A DNA stretch of 52,991 bases from NCBI GenBank assembly GCA_018816985.1, contig JAHIVA010000021.1:1-52991 (forward strand). The letters run 5' to 3'. The DNA is from Patescibacteria group bacterium. GTDB lineage: Bacteria > Patescibacteriota > Minisyncoccia > Phycocordibacterales > UBA9973. The notes under the pieces were generated by a model. The model was not told the origin of the DNA, made no database searches, and was given only the letters and a program-made list of their open reading frames with translations. Each line of letters opens with the position of its first letter. The stretch's first letter is position 1. Shown here piece after piece: positions 10,001 to 18,665 of this stretch. Made by a program: the position numbers and the translations under genes.

Positions 10001-10266
10001 ACAAAGCGCACGAGCAATCCCCAAATGTTTTGAATATTATAGAGGGCAAAAAAGTATCTTTTGTGGTAAATTTAAGCAAGATGAGAGATAGCTTAGGGAG
10101 AGAAAAAGAGCATATTGTTACTGATGGTTTCCGGGTACGAAGGGCTACGGTAGATAATCAGATTCCTTTATTTACCGATTTGCAATTAGCACGTGCTTTC
10201 ATTAAGGCCTTGGGGCGTTACCCTTTGGAAGATTTAGAAATTAAGTCGTATAAAGAATATTTATAA
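7048..10266 (+). CDS. carB: Carbamoyl-phosphate synthase large subunit
   Basis: GEFDYSG, two ATP-grasp halves, IEVNARLSRSSALASKATG, NCNPETVSTDYD, C-terminal MGS-like domain. Confidence 0.98.
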   Translation: MKNNKLKLIKKILVLGSGALKIGEGGEFDYSGTQAIKALKEEKIKVILVNPNIATFQTSKDLADEVYFLPIDTFFVEKVIKKERPDGIMLSFGGQTALNCGLHLEEKGILKKYNVQVLGSPVSSIELTEDREKFKEHLKSIDIPVPPSGSATTLAEARKIAHKIGFPLMIRAAFALGGQKSGVVNNENELEETIKGALAVSPQVLVEKYLHQFKEIEYEVVRDCYDNTVTVCNMENLDPLGIHTGDSIVIAPSQTLNNEEYQGLREASIKIVQSLKIVGECNVQFALNPSPVGKGVDYFVIEVNARLSRSSALASKATGYPLAYVAAKLALGYNLSEIENKITKVTQSFFEPALDYVVVKIPRWDLIKFTGAIEQIGSAMKSVGEVMAIGRSFEEALGKAIRMQSGNVEGITDNGFKNKKDLENLLNVPTPRRIFAIAESFKKGVKIEKIHKITGIDLWFLFRIENIVNSEKNFLKNKILSKENLLILKQIGFSDKKIGDLCGKTELEIRKLRIHFGVIPSVFTIDTLAGEVPAKTNYLYLTYYGNHNDVSPLGKNAIIVLGSGPYHIGSSVEFDWCSLHAALALKKHKKQSIIINCNPETVSTDYDMSDRLYFENLSFETVADIFEFETAGGLIVSVGGQRPNNLAKKLSEAKFTILGTKAEDIDRAEDRNAFSALLDKLGILQPKWQSFTSKKEAEKFTEIEGFPVLVRPSYVLSGSAMRVCYNKKQLHNFISKAAVLSPLHPVTVSKYIENAKELEFDGVAQQGRLMLYGISEHVENAGVHSGDATIVYPTQRVYASTEFQLRDISKKIARELSITGPFNIQFLVKDNRPFVIEVNVRASRTFPLLSKAMDVNFPEMSVDSFFGKAKHHNFVYPKGVIVKSPQFSFSRLLGADPVLRVEMSSTGEAACFGRDYDEALLKSVLSTNKFDFKNKNVLLSLGGEINKAKFLETAGLLLSLGYTIFATDTTAEFFKKHNINCKEVHKAHEQSPNVLNIIEGKKVSFVVNLSKMRDSLGREKEHIVTDGFRVRRATVDNQIPLFTDLQLARAFIKALGRYPLEDLEIKSYKEYL

Positions 10267-10279
10267 ATAGTAAAAATTT

Positions 10280-11197
10280 ATGAAAAACATTATTTCTACC
10301 CATCAATTTAAAAAAAACGAAGTTAAAAAAATTTTAGCTCGTGCAGGAGCAATGGAGGAAAATGTTAAAAAGGGGAAGGTTAAGCAAATTCTTAAAGATA
10401 AAATAATTGCTTGTGTTTTTTTTGAACCTTCAACCAGAACAAGATTTTCTTTTGAAACAGCAGCCTTAAAATTGGGTGCGAAAATTATTTCCGCGGAAAA
10501 TGCGATGGAAAACACTTCTGCTCACAAAGGAGAAACCATTGAAGACACCACAAAGATACTTTGTTCCTACGCAGACCTTGTCATTATCCGTCATCCAAAA
10601 TCTTTTTCACTGGAAGCGGCTGCGAAAGTTGCTACTGTGCCGCTTATTAATGCGGGGGATGGTACAAACCAGCATCCAACGCAGGGATTTTTAGATTTAT
10701 ATACAATTAAAAAGGAGCATAAACGATTAATGAATTTAAATATTGGTTTCGGAGGAGATTTACTAAATAGTCGAACCTTAAAATCACTTGTTCCATTGCT
10801 TCGACTTTATACAGGCAATAAATTTTATTTCATTTCGCCTAAGGAACTACGATTACCAAGAGAATTTATTAAAGAATTAAAAGAAAATGAAGTGCAGTTT
10901 GAAGAATTAAAAAGTTTAGAAGAAGCCTTGCCTAATCTTGATGTGCTTTATATGACTCGAGTGCAAAAAGAACGTTTTGCGAATATCACAGATTATAATA
11001 AAGTGAAAGACCTATTTATCCTCAAGAAAAAACATTTAAAAAATATGAAAAAAGATGCAATTATTATGCATCCATTGCCGAAAATAAATGAAATTGAAAA
11101 GGAGGTAGATGAGGATCCTCGTGCTACCTACTTCCACCAAGCCCAAAATGGTGTCTATGTCCGTATGGCGCTACTTTGTTATGCATTAGGATTATAA
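10280..11197 (+). CDS. pyrB: Aspartate carbamoyltransferase catalytic subunit
   Basis: FFEPSTRTRFSF, INAGDGTNQHPTQ, YMTRVQKER, MHPLP. Confidence 0.97.
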   Translation: MKNIISTHQFKKNEVKKILARAGAMEENVKKGKVKQILKDKIIACVFFEPSTRTRFSFETAALKLGAKIISAENAMENTSAHKGETIEDTTKILCSYADLVIIRHPKSFSLEAAAKVATVPLINAGDGTNQHPTQGFLDLYTIKKEHKRLMNLNIGFGGDLLNSRTLKSLVPLLRLYTGNKFYFISPKELRLPREFIKELKENEVQFEELKSLEEALPNLDVLYMTRVQKERFANITDYNKVKDLFILKKKHLKNMKKDAIIMHPLPKINEIEKEVDEDPRATYFHQAQNGVYVRMALLCYALGL

Positions 11198-11198
11198 T

Positions 11199-12290
11199 TT
11201 ATTGACTCTCTAAAAACTGAAAGATTTTTTCGTTGACGAGGACGTTTTCTACGTGCATTCGGGCGCGTTCTGGGTCAGCTTCTTTATAGTGTTCCAGAAT
11301 TGATGCAACTTCTTTTGCAACTTCCGCTTCATTAGCAATTATTTTTTCTGTTTTTGCTATCTCGTTTAAAAGAAGGGCCAGCTTGGCTTTTTTTTCTGCA
11401 TCATTTCGGAATTCTTTTCTCAAGTCTTCTTTTGTTTTATTCAGATGTTTTAAATAATCTTCAAATTTTAATCCCATTTGGGCAATGTCAGACTCCATAC
11501 GATATAAAATTTTATCTAATTCTATCTCCACCAAGATTTCCGGCACCTCTAAGATACTTTCTTCTATAATTTTTTCAATTATTTTTAATCTGGTTTTTTC
11601 TTTTAATTCATTTTCTTTTTCTAACTTTATATTTTCTTTTAGTTTTATTTTAAAATCCGCTATATCTTTAAAGGGACCAAGAGCTTGCACAAAAGCATCA
11701 TTAAATTCAGGTAATTCTTCCTTTATTTCATCGGAGCTTTTGGTGGAGGCAGATTCTTCTCCATGTTTATGTTCTTCCCCTTCTTTGTGTATATGTTCAG
11801 CCACATGTTTTTTTGGAGCGCGAGATTTACGGATATCCATTATGGTATTTTCCAAATCTTCTTCTGATACGGTAATATTTTTTTCTTTATCGGTTATTTC
11901 GGAAATTATTTTCTGGGCTGCTTTTTTATAATCAGCTAGCTTGATTTCTGGTAATACCGCAGTCTTTATTTTAAATCCTAAAGGATTTTTTCTAGCTAGT
12001 TTTAAGATAGAAATTTCTGGGCGACTAATAGCATCTATCTTTTTCTCAGCGATTATCTTTGGGTAATGTTCTGAAAGTGCCATCTCTGCCATTTCTTCTA
12101 AAATATTAATTTCCGGTATTTTGGAAATTAAGACACTTTCGGGTACTTTTCCTTTTCTGAAACCGTCCAACTTTAAATTATCACCAAGTTTTTTCAAAGC
12201 TTTTGTGAAATAAGACTCGAAGATTTCAGAATCAATTTCTCCTTCTATTTCTATTTCGCTTTTTGGAAGTTTTTTAACGACTATTTTCAT
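11199..12290 (-). CDS. tig: Trigger factor lacking the FKBP PPIase domain
   Basis: GFRKGKVP ribosome-binding motif and C-terminal domain present; only 363 aa, with a His/Glu-rich linker where the FKBP domain would be. Confidence 0.9.
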   Translation of the reverse strand: MKIVVKKLPKSEIEIEGEIDSEIFESYFTKALKKLGDNLKLDGFRKGKVPESVLISKIPEINILEEMAEMALSEHYPKIIAEKKIDAISRPEISILKLARKNPLGFKIKTAVLPEIKLADYKKAAQKIISEITDKEKNITVSEEDLENTIMDIRKSRAPKKHVAEHIHKEGEEHKHGEESASTKSSDEIKEELPEFNDAFVQALGPFKDIADFKIKLKENIKLEKENELKEKTRLKIIEKIIEESILEVPEILVEIELDKILYRMESDIAQMGLKFEDYLKHLNKTKEDLRKEFRNDAEKKAKLALLLNEIAKTEKIIANEAEVAKEVASILEHYKEADPERARMHVENVLVNEKIFQFLESQ

Positions 12291-12300
12291 ATTCTAATTT

Positions 12301-14313
12301 TTATATCATTAAAATAACCAAAAGCAAAGCCATAATGTTCAGAATTTTTATCATTGGATTGATGGCTGGACCAGCGGTATCTTTATAAGGGTCTCCGACA
12401 GTATCTCCGGTTACTGCAGCCTTGTGAGCCTCACTACCCTTACCTCCGTGATTGCCTTGCTCGATATGTTTCTTGGCATTATCCCAAGCACCCCCACCGG
12501 AGGTCATAGAAATAGCCACAAAAAGTCCGGTAACAATAGACCCAACGAGTAGTCCTCCCAAAACCACTAAACCGTTTTCTTTTCCAAAAATTAAAATTAC
12601 CAAAATTGGTGCTAATACTGGGATGAGAGCAGGTAGAATCATTTGTTTAATGGCAGCACCAGTAATAATTGAGACAGCTTTGGCGTAATTCGGTTTTCCT
12701 GTGCCTTCCATAATTCCTTTTATTTCTCTGAATTGTCGGCGGATTTCTTCCACCACCTTGCCAGCAGTTTTTCCTACAGCTTCCATACACAATGCTCCGA
12801 AATAATAGGGAAGGAGTCCTCCCAGAAAGAGACCTACAATTACGTATGGATTACTTAAATCAAAAGTTATCTCTTTTCCTACCTTAACAATTTCCTCGGT
12901 ATAAGAGGCAAAAAGCACGAGGGCTGCCAAGCCAGCAGAGCCGATAGCGTAACCTTTGGTTACAGCTTTAGTGGTATTGCCTACAGCATCTAGGGGGTCG
13001 GTAACATTTCGAACAGATTCTGGAAGTTCAGCCATTTCGGCGATACCTCCGGCATTGTCTGTTATTGGACCATAAGCATCAATAGCCACAATAATTCCTG
13101 CCATTGAAAGCATAGACATTGCTGCCACTGCTATTCCGTAAAGTCCCGCATAGTGATAACTGATTAATATTCCTAAAACAATAGTGATTAAAGGCAGGGC
13201 AGTAGCTTTCATTGAAATAGCTAAACCCTGGATAACATTTGTTCCGTGTCCGGAAACCGAAGCGAGGGCAATAGATTTAACAGGATAGTATTTTGTAGAA
13301 GTGAAATATTCTGTAATAACAACCAGAGCTCCGGTTACCAGAAGACCAACAATGGAGCAAATAAATAAATCCATCACTGTGTATTTTCCATTTCCTGACA
13401 TTAATAAATTTGTTACAGGATAAAAAGCAATTGCTGCAATGACCCCAGAAGCGATCAAGCCTTTATACAGAGCACCCATGATATTTTTATTTTTACCTAA
13501 ACGTACAAACCAGGTGCCGATGATAGATGCAAAGATAGCTATTCCGCCGATTACCAAAGGATAAATAATTGCATTTTGAAATCCCACAAAAAGTAGTGAA
13601 CCAAGGAGCATTGTGGCAACTGAGGTAACGGCATAAGTTTCAAATAAATCTGCCGCCATACCTGCACAGTCACCGACATTATCACCGACATTGTCCGCAA
13701 TCACTCCCGGATTTCTTGGGTCGTCTTCTGGAATTTCCGCTTCTAGCTTACCGACAAGGTCTGCTCCCACATCTGCTGCTTTAGTGAAAATTCCTCCACC
13801 CAATCTGGCAAAAACAGAGATAAGTGAAGCACCGAAACCAAGACCGATAAGGGCAGGAATATCTTTAGTAATTGCATAAAAAGCAGTTACCCCAAGAAGA
13901 GCCAAGCCTACTACCAAAAGTCCAGTTACTGTTCCTCCCCGAAAAGCAATAGAAAGCGCTTCTTCTATTCCGTTTCTAGCGGCTTCTGTTGTTCGGACAT
14001 TTGCCCGAACAGAGACATTCATACCAATATATCCTGCCAAAGCGGAGAAAATGGCTCCAACTAAAAATCCAAAAGCCATAGTCCAGCCAAGCTTAGGAAT
14101 AAAACCGACGATTAAAAAAAGTGCTATGGCAATTAAGCCAATAGTTTTATATTGTTTATTTAAATAAGCACCAGCACCTTCTTGGATTGCCTTGGCGATT
14201 TCTTGCATCCGTTCATTACCAGGACTCTTTTTCAAGATTGACTTAGCTAAAAATAAACCGTAAATAATAGCAATTACCGAACTAACAAGTGCAAATAATA
14301 AAAATTGATTCAT
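12301..14313 (-). CDS. hppA: Membrane H+-translocating pyrophosphatase (K+-independent signature)
   Basis: [24 protein letters not shown] (Lys at the K+-determining position), [11 protein letters not shown]. Confidence 0.95.
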   Translation of the reverse strand: MNQFLLFALVSSVIAIIYGLFLAKSILKKSPGNERMQEIAKAIQEGAGAYLNKQYKTIGLIAIALFLIVGFIPKLGWTMAFGFLVGAIFSALAGYIGMNVSVRANVRTTEAARNGIEEALSIAFRGGTVTGLLVVGLALLGVTAFYAITKDIPALIGLGFGASLISVFARLGGGIFTKAADVGADLVGKLEAEIPEDDPRNPGVIADNVGDNVGDCAGMAADLFETYAVTSVATMLLGSLLFVGFQNAIIYPLVIGGIAIFASIIGTWFVRLGKNKNIMGALYKGLIASGVIAAIAFYPVTNLLMSGNGKYTVMDLFICSIVGLLVTGALVVITEYFTSTKYYPVKSIALASVSGHGTNVIQGLAISMKATALPLITIVLGILISYHYAGLYGIAVAAMSMLSMAGIIVAIDAYGPITDNAGGIAEMAELPESVRNVTDPLDAVGNTTKAVTKGYAIGSAGLAALVLFASYTEEIVKVGKEITFDLSNPYVIVGLFLGGLLPYYFGALCMEAVGKTAGKVVEEIRRQFREIKGIMEGTGKPNYAKAVSIITGAAIKQMILPALIPVLAPILVILIFGKENGLVVLGGLLVGSIVTGLFVAISMTSGGGAWDNAKKHIEQGNHGGKGSEAHKAAVTGDTVGDPYKDTAGPAINPMIKILNIMALLLVILMI

Positions 14314-14342
14314 GTTTTTTTTATTAACTAATAATAATTTCT

Positions 14343-14382
14343 ACAAGGCAAGACCTTGTACTAGTACAAGGTCTTGCCTTGT
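14343..14382. repeat. Perfect 40-bp palindrome made of two inverted REP-like hairpin units
   Basis: ACAAGGCAAGACCTTGTACT followed by AGTACAAGGTCTTGCCTTGT, directly abutting the nusA stop. Confidence 0.9.
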
Positions 14383-15540
14383 TTACTCCTCTTTTATTTC
14401 TACTTTTTCTCCATCTGTGCTAATTACTCCTTTTTCATCACCTTTTATATCTATTCTCCATCCAGTCAGTTTAGCTGCAAGACGTACGTTTTGTCCACCC
14501 TTGCCGATGGCGAGAGATAGTTGGTCATTGGCTACTTCCACGGTTGCCTTGTGTTCTTTCTCATCTATTTCAATGGAAATAACTTTGGCTGGGGAAAGTG
14601 AATTAGAAACAAATTGTATGGGATTTTCGGACCAAGGGATTATGTCAATTTTTTCTCCCGAAAGTTCGGTCGTAATGGTGTTTACTCGGGTACCTTTTTG
14701 GCCAACACAAGAACCGACTGGATCAATGTGTTCATCGTTTGAGTAAACTGCTATTTTAGAACGGGCGCCGGCTTCTCGGGCTACTCCTTTTATTTCTACG
14801 ACACCATTTTCTATTTCTGGCGCTTCCAGAGAAAAAAGTTTTTCTATAAATTTTGGATGGGTGCGGGAAAGACGCAAATTTATACCACGCGGGGTATCTT
14901 CCACACTGTAAAGGTAAGCCCGTACTCTTTGTCCTCGAGTCCAATATTCTCCTGGAATTTGTTCTTCTGCTGGTAAGATGCCGGTGGCTCTATTAAAATC
15001 AACATAGACATTTCCTCGTTCTACTTTTTGCACTATACCTGAAATGACTTCTCCCTCCTTGGTGCCATATTCTTCAATAATGGAAGTGCGTTCCGCTTCG
15101 CGGATTTTTTGAATAATGACTTGTTTGGCTGTTTGGGCAGCGATGCGTCCGTAATCTTCTTTTGCTTCTAAGGGAAAAATAATTTCATCGTTGAGTTTTG
15201 TCCCTTTTTTTATTTTTTTAGCGTCTTCCAACAGGATGTGGTGTTCGGCATTAAAATGTACACGTTCTTCTTCGGTGTCTTTTGTAGAATATTCACCTCC
15301 TTCTTTTTCGGTATCCATTATGGCAATACTTTCGTCTACTACGATTTTTACCTGAAAGAAATCTGTTTTACCAGTTTCCATATCAAACTTTGCTCGGATA
15401 ATTTGTCCTTTTTTACCGTAATCTTTTTTGTAAGCGGCAGCCATCGCTTGTTCTATGGCTTCCAAAATTTTTTCTTTAGGGATTTTTCTTTCTTCTTCCA
15501 ACTGTTCCAATGCCGATTTGAATGTTTTTATATCTAACAT
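14383..15540 (-). CDS. nusA: Transcription termination/antitermination factor NusA
   Basis: GRIAAQTAKQVIIQ, S1 domain, AREAGARSKIAV, AIGKGGQNVRLAAKLTGWRIDI. Confidence 0.97.
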   Translation of the reverse strand: MLDIKTFKSALEQLEEERKIPKEKILEAIEQAMAAAYKKDYGKKGQIIRAKFDMETGKTDFFQVKIVVDESIAIMDTEKEGGEYSTKDTEEERVHFNAEHHILLEDAKKIKKGTKLNDEIIFPLEAKEDYGRIAAQTAKQVIIQKIREAERTSIIEEYGTKEGEVISGIVQKVERGNVYVDFNRATGILPAEEQIPGEYWTRGQRVRAYLYSVEDTPRGINLRLSRTHPKFIEKLFSLEAPEIENGVVEIKGVAREAGARSKIAVYSNDEHIDPVGSCVGQKGTRVNTITTELSGEKIDIIPWSENPIQFVSNSLSPAKVISIEIDEKEHKATVEVANDQLSLAIGKGGQNVRLAAKLTGWRIDIKGDEKGVISTDGEKVEIKEE

Positions 15541-15564
15541 AAAGTTATTTTATTAAGTTTTATT

Positions 15565-15630
15565 AAAAAAAGCCCTGTAGATACAGGACTCATATAAAAA
15601 AATAATATCATAAGCGTCATTTTATTGCAA
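15565..15630 (-). promoter_or_regulatory. nusA promoter followed by a leader terminator
   Basis: Minus strand TTGCAA-N17-TATTAT (15630-15602), then AGTCCTGTA-TC-TACAGGGCT plus T tract (15590-15565), upstream of the ATG at 15540. Confidence 0.65.
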
Positions 15631-15712
15631 CTCTCAAGGAATGCTGGTTTTTTGTATGCAAATTTTGCTTTTTTCCACCTACCCTTGACAAATCTCAATA
15701 TAAGCTGTGAGA

Positions 15713-15741
15713 TTGACTTTTTCATAAATATATGATACAAT
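15713..15741 (+). promoter_or_regulatory. Sigma70-type promoter for the lipoprotein hydrolase
   Basis: TTGACT-N17-TACAAT with extended TG. Confidence 0.65.
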
Positions 15742-15824
15742 TAAAAATAGGAATAAGGGTGGCTCTTTTATATCTCAACTAGAGCTGAAATTAAAATAAC
15801 CTCAAAAAAAGAAAGGAGAACGTT

Positions 15825-16541
15825 ATGAAGAAACTAGTGTTGGTAGTACTCATCGCGTTTATCCTTTTTGGATGCGCGACAACGACTACAAGGGTGGACA
15901 ATGTTATGTTGTCCAACGATTCTCCCGTGATGATTATTGTAGCGGGGAAGGACCCGGAAAACGGTTGGGACAAATTGTTGCTAAACGTTTTCCCAAGGGC
16001 GATAATGGTAACTCCCGAAGTGTCTTCTTCTCTCGAAGATGGGGCCGAAGATCTTATTCGGCAAGTTAGAGAAGCGGGGGTTATCAGCAACTCCTGGAGA
16101 GTAATAGCTCATTCGTGGGGAGCAAAACTCACGGAACAGGTAGTTGCTGGGTATCCAGGGTTAATCAGCAAGGCCGTCTTGATTGCTCGGCCTGGGTTCG
16201 AAGAGTTTCGTTGGATGCCTTCCTTTGTTTCGGCGCTGTTGCGTCCGGACGAAGATCGGAGTGGTTTGACGAAATATTTTGTCATTGCCGGGATTGATCC
16301 AAAAGCTCCTGCAAGGTGGTGGATGATGCCGAACGAGAACGGTGTTGTCCAATCCGACGGGGTAGTTTCCGTCAAGGAAGCAACCACTCTAACGGGTGGA
16401 CGCAAAGCAGAAGAAATTCTCGTAATTACAGGGGAGGAGGGTGAGCACACCCGAATCCTGTCCTCCGAAATCGTTCTTAGTCAGGCGAAAGCCTGGCTGG
16501 AAACGGAAACCCTGGTCGCAACAGTTGTGACCAGGGACTAG
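15825..16541 (+). CDS. Lipoprotein, alpha/beta-hydrolase-like
   Basis: AAAGGAG SD, lipobox LFGC, nucleophile elbow AHSWG, SDGVV, EHTRIL; more GC-rich than its flanks. Confidence 0.75.
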   Translation: MKKLVLVVLIAFILFGCATTTTRVDNVMLSNDSPVMIIVAGKDPENGWDKLLLNVFPRAIMVTPEVSSSLEDGAEDLIRQVREAGVISNSWRVIAHSWGAKLTEQVVAGYPGLISKAVLIARPGFEEFRWMPSFVSALLRPDEDRSGLTKYFVIAGIDPKAPARWWMMPNENGVVQSDGVVSVKEATTLTGGRKAEEILVITGEEGEHTRILSSEIVLSQAKAWLETETLVATVVTRD

Positions 16542-16579
16542 GAAAAAAGAGGAGAGGTGGAATGATTTCAGATGAGATC

Positions 16580-16615
16580 AGTGCCCAGTCGAGCTTTTAT
16601 AGACGACTGGGCACT
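16580..16615 (+). terminator. GC-rich hairpin, TGCCCAG family copy 1
   Basis: AGTGCCCAGTCG pairs with CGACTGGGCACT (12-bp stem), between convergent genes. Confidence 0.8.
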
Positions 16616-16642
16616 TTAACGTTCATCTTGTTTATTTTTAAT

Positions 16643-18028
16643 TTAATATTTTATTTTTCCAAAAAATATTACATAATTTTTATTATTTTTTTCTCCATTT
16701 TCATAATTCACCAATTGTGCTTCTCCGTTAGGTAAAATAATTCCGGCAAAATCTTTTACGCCACTGGAAACAATCGGCAACTTGAGCCAGACTGCTTCTA
16801 TTTTCTTTAAATTACTGGTCAGATATGAAAAATGATATGAACCAAGACCAATCCAGCGATTACTTGTCGGGTTGATAATAAATTGCGCTCCTTTATTCAG
16901 ATATTCTTTTAAGTCGCTCGGATAATGAATTTCTAAGCAAATAGGAGTTGCAAAAAATGCCATATTTTTTTGAAATGTTATCGAGAGAAGATTTCTTTCT
17001 CCTGGAATATCTGCATTTTGTGGATTGAAAATTGCATAATCGCTAATTTCCGGATTTTTCTCTCTAAGCCATTTATATATTGATGGTTGCCAATTACCAA
17101 AAGGCCAATATTCGCCGATAAAGGTAAGACGGTTTTTATTATGCATATTCGTAATATTTCCCTCAGGGTCAAAGAGGATTGAGGAATTATATTTATTTTC
17201 GTTTTGGAAGGTATCGTACGAAGTAAGAACATAGGTATTTAATTCTCTGGCTGTGTTTTGAAATATGAGGTCAGAATTTTGTTGTTGGTCGAAAATATTT
17301 TCGGGGAATATGATTAAATCAACTTTTTGTTTTGAAAGCTCTTTAATAAGTTCATTAGATGAATCTATCGTGAAGGTGTTGTCGGTAGAAACAGAAATAA
17401 TTGTAAATGAATTCGGCAGAGCATTGTAGGCAAGGGAATTTTTATATAAATTAAACCTGGACATACCCCAACTAAAAAAAAGAATAATAAAAATTAAGGC
17501 AACAGAAAGAATATTATTTTTTGAATTTTTTCGTTGCAGAATAGCGGCAGAAATTAATATGTTTATAAAAGCAACAAAAAAAGTAAGGATTAAAAATCCG
17601 CCTATATTAGCCAGCCCGACAAAAGGAGATGAACCGAGCGCATTGCCAGCAGTTATAATATAAGTTGGAATTAGAGCAAAATGTGCCTGCAATAGGTCGA
17701 AAAAAGTCCAAGCAAATGGCAAGAAAATCAACATTGGCAAGGCAGAGGTTGTTTTGTTTGTAAATTTTTTGAATAAAAAAACAGAAAAAGGCAGACCGAG
17801 AAAAATAAGGATGACCTCGGTCCACAATATCGGCTCCAAGGTAAAGTAGACCGTGCCGAAGAGAAAAATTATACGAAATAAAGCAGTACCTAAGACAAGC
17901 CGCCAGAGCTTTTCTTCGCGCAAGAAAAAAAGAAAAAGAGGGATAAGAAAAATAAAAGCTAGGGGGTAAAAATTAAACGGCAAGAAAGCGACAATACCTA
18001 AAACTGCAGCTAGAAGTGGCAAAATCAT
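16643..18028 (-). CDS. lnt: Apolipoprotein N-acyltransferase
   Basis: Multi-TM N-terminus plus nitrilase-fold E-K-C triad: IIFPEN, HNKNRLTFIGEYWP, PICLE. Confidence 0.85.
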   Translation of the reverse strand: MILPLLAAVLGIVAFLPFNFYPLAFIFLIPLFLFFLREEKLWRLVLGTALFRIIFLFGTVYFTLEPILWTEVILIFLGLPFSVFLFKKFTNKTTSALPMLIFLPFAWTFFDLLQAHFALIPTYIITAGNALGSSPFVGLANIGGFLILTFFVAFINILISAAILQRKNSKNNILSVALIFIILFFSWGMSRFNLYKNSLAYNALPNSFTIISVSTDNTFTIDSSNELIKELSKQKVDLIIFPENIFDQQQNSDLIFQNTARELNTYVLTSYDTFQNENKYNSSILFDPEGNITNMHNKNRLTFIGEYWPFGNWQPSIYKWLREKNPEISDYAIFNPQNADIPGERNLLSITFQKNMAFFATPICLEIHYPSDLKEYLNKGAQFIINPTSNRWIGLGSYHFSYLTSNLKKIEAVWLKLPIVSSGVKDFAGIILPNGEAQLVNYENGEKNNKNYVIFFGKIKY

Positions 18029-18124
18029 AAGTTGATTATAGCAAACAGTTTTAGGCTTAACAAATTTATATTTTTATCGTAAATATTATATTTTATTGTA
18101 GATTAAGTAATCAACTCCACCCTA

Positions 18125-18153
18125 TTGACATATTCGATAAAGTAGGATATACT
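18125..18153 (+). promoter_or_regulatory. Near-consensus sigma70 promoter
   Basis: TTGACA-N17-TATACT, 61 nt upstream of the ATG at 18215. Confidence 0.8.
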
Positions 18154-18214
18154 AAATATTGAATATTCGTTCACTGAAAAGAAGTATAAACAACATAAGA
18201 AAGGAGGACTTGAG

Positions 18215-18607
18215 ATGAGGAAGAATCTGTTGGTTGTTTTTGCGGTGGCAATGTTTTTTGTGGTGGCGCTGCCGATGGCGGCGATCGCCAAGAACACGAT
18301 TCGCGAGGGCGAGCGCCCGACATTGGTCAACATGACCATCGTTGGCGAGCCGCTTAGTCTCGTGGACGAGACGGAGGACTCTTTGTCTTGGTTTCTCTCG
18401 ATCCGAGGAATCGGATCAAGCCCCTGGATAAAGGACAGGAAAGTCGTCCTGACGATCTCCGGCGATATCGCGGAAGTCGTCATTGGAGATGCACCCGTCG
18501 CGAGGTTCTCGCTGGGCGACATGGACGGTGCCATGGAGCGAGTTGCGGACTATATTGTCGCGACTCTGCGGGCTCGGGGCGAGCTTCGGCTTGTTGGGGT
18601 CAGATAA
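18215..18607 (+). CDS. GC-rich secreted hypothetical protein
   Basis: AAAGGAGG SD, signal peptide MRKNLLVVFAVAMFFVVALPMAAIA, followed by a terminator hairpin. Confidence 0.75.
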   Translation: MRKNLLVVFAVAMFFVVALPMAAIAKNTIREGERPTLVNMTIVGEPLSLVDETEDSLSWFLSIRGIGSSPWIKDRKVVLTISGDIAEVVIGDAPVARFSLGDMDGAMERVADYIVATLRARGELRLVGVR

Positions 18608-18609
18608 AC

Positions 18610-18645
18610 AAAATGCCCAGCTGCCTTCGGGCGGCTGGGCATTTT
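18610..18645 (+). terminator. GC-rich hairpin, TGCCCAG family copy 2
   Basis: AAAATGCCCAGCTGCC-TTCG-GGCGGCTGGGCATTTT, with a cUUCGg tetraloop. Confidence 0.85.
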
Positions 18646-18665
18646 CTCTACGAAAGGAGAAAAAG

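Noticed and set aside
15534..15740. 68-aa minus-strand ORF upstream of nusA as rimP or a leader peptide
   Set aside because: No RimP similarity, and it runs across two divergent promoters.
18483..18665. N-terminal extension of the 18483-19232 ORF
   Set aside because: It overlaps the upstream gene and its terminator; the SD and lipoprotein signal place the start at 18666.
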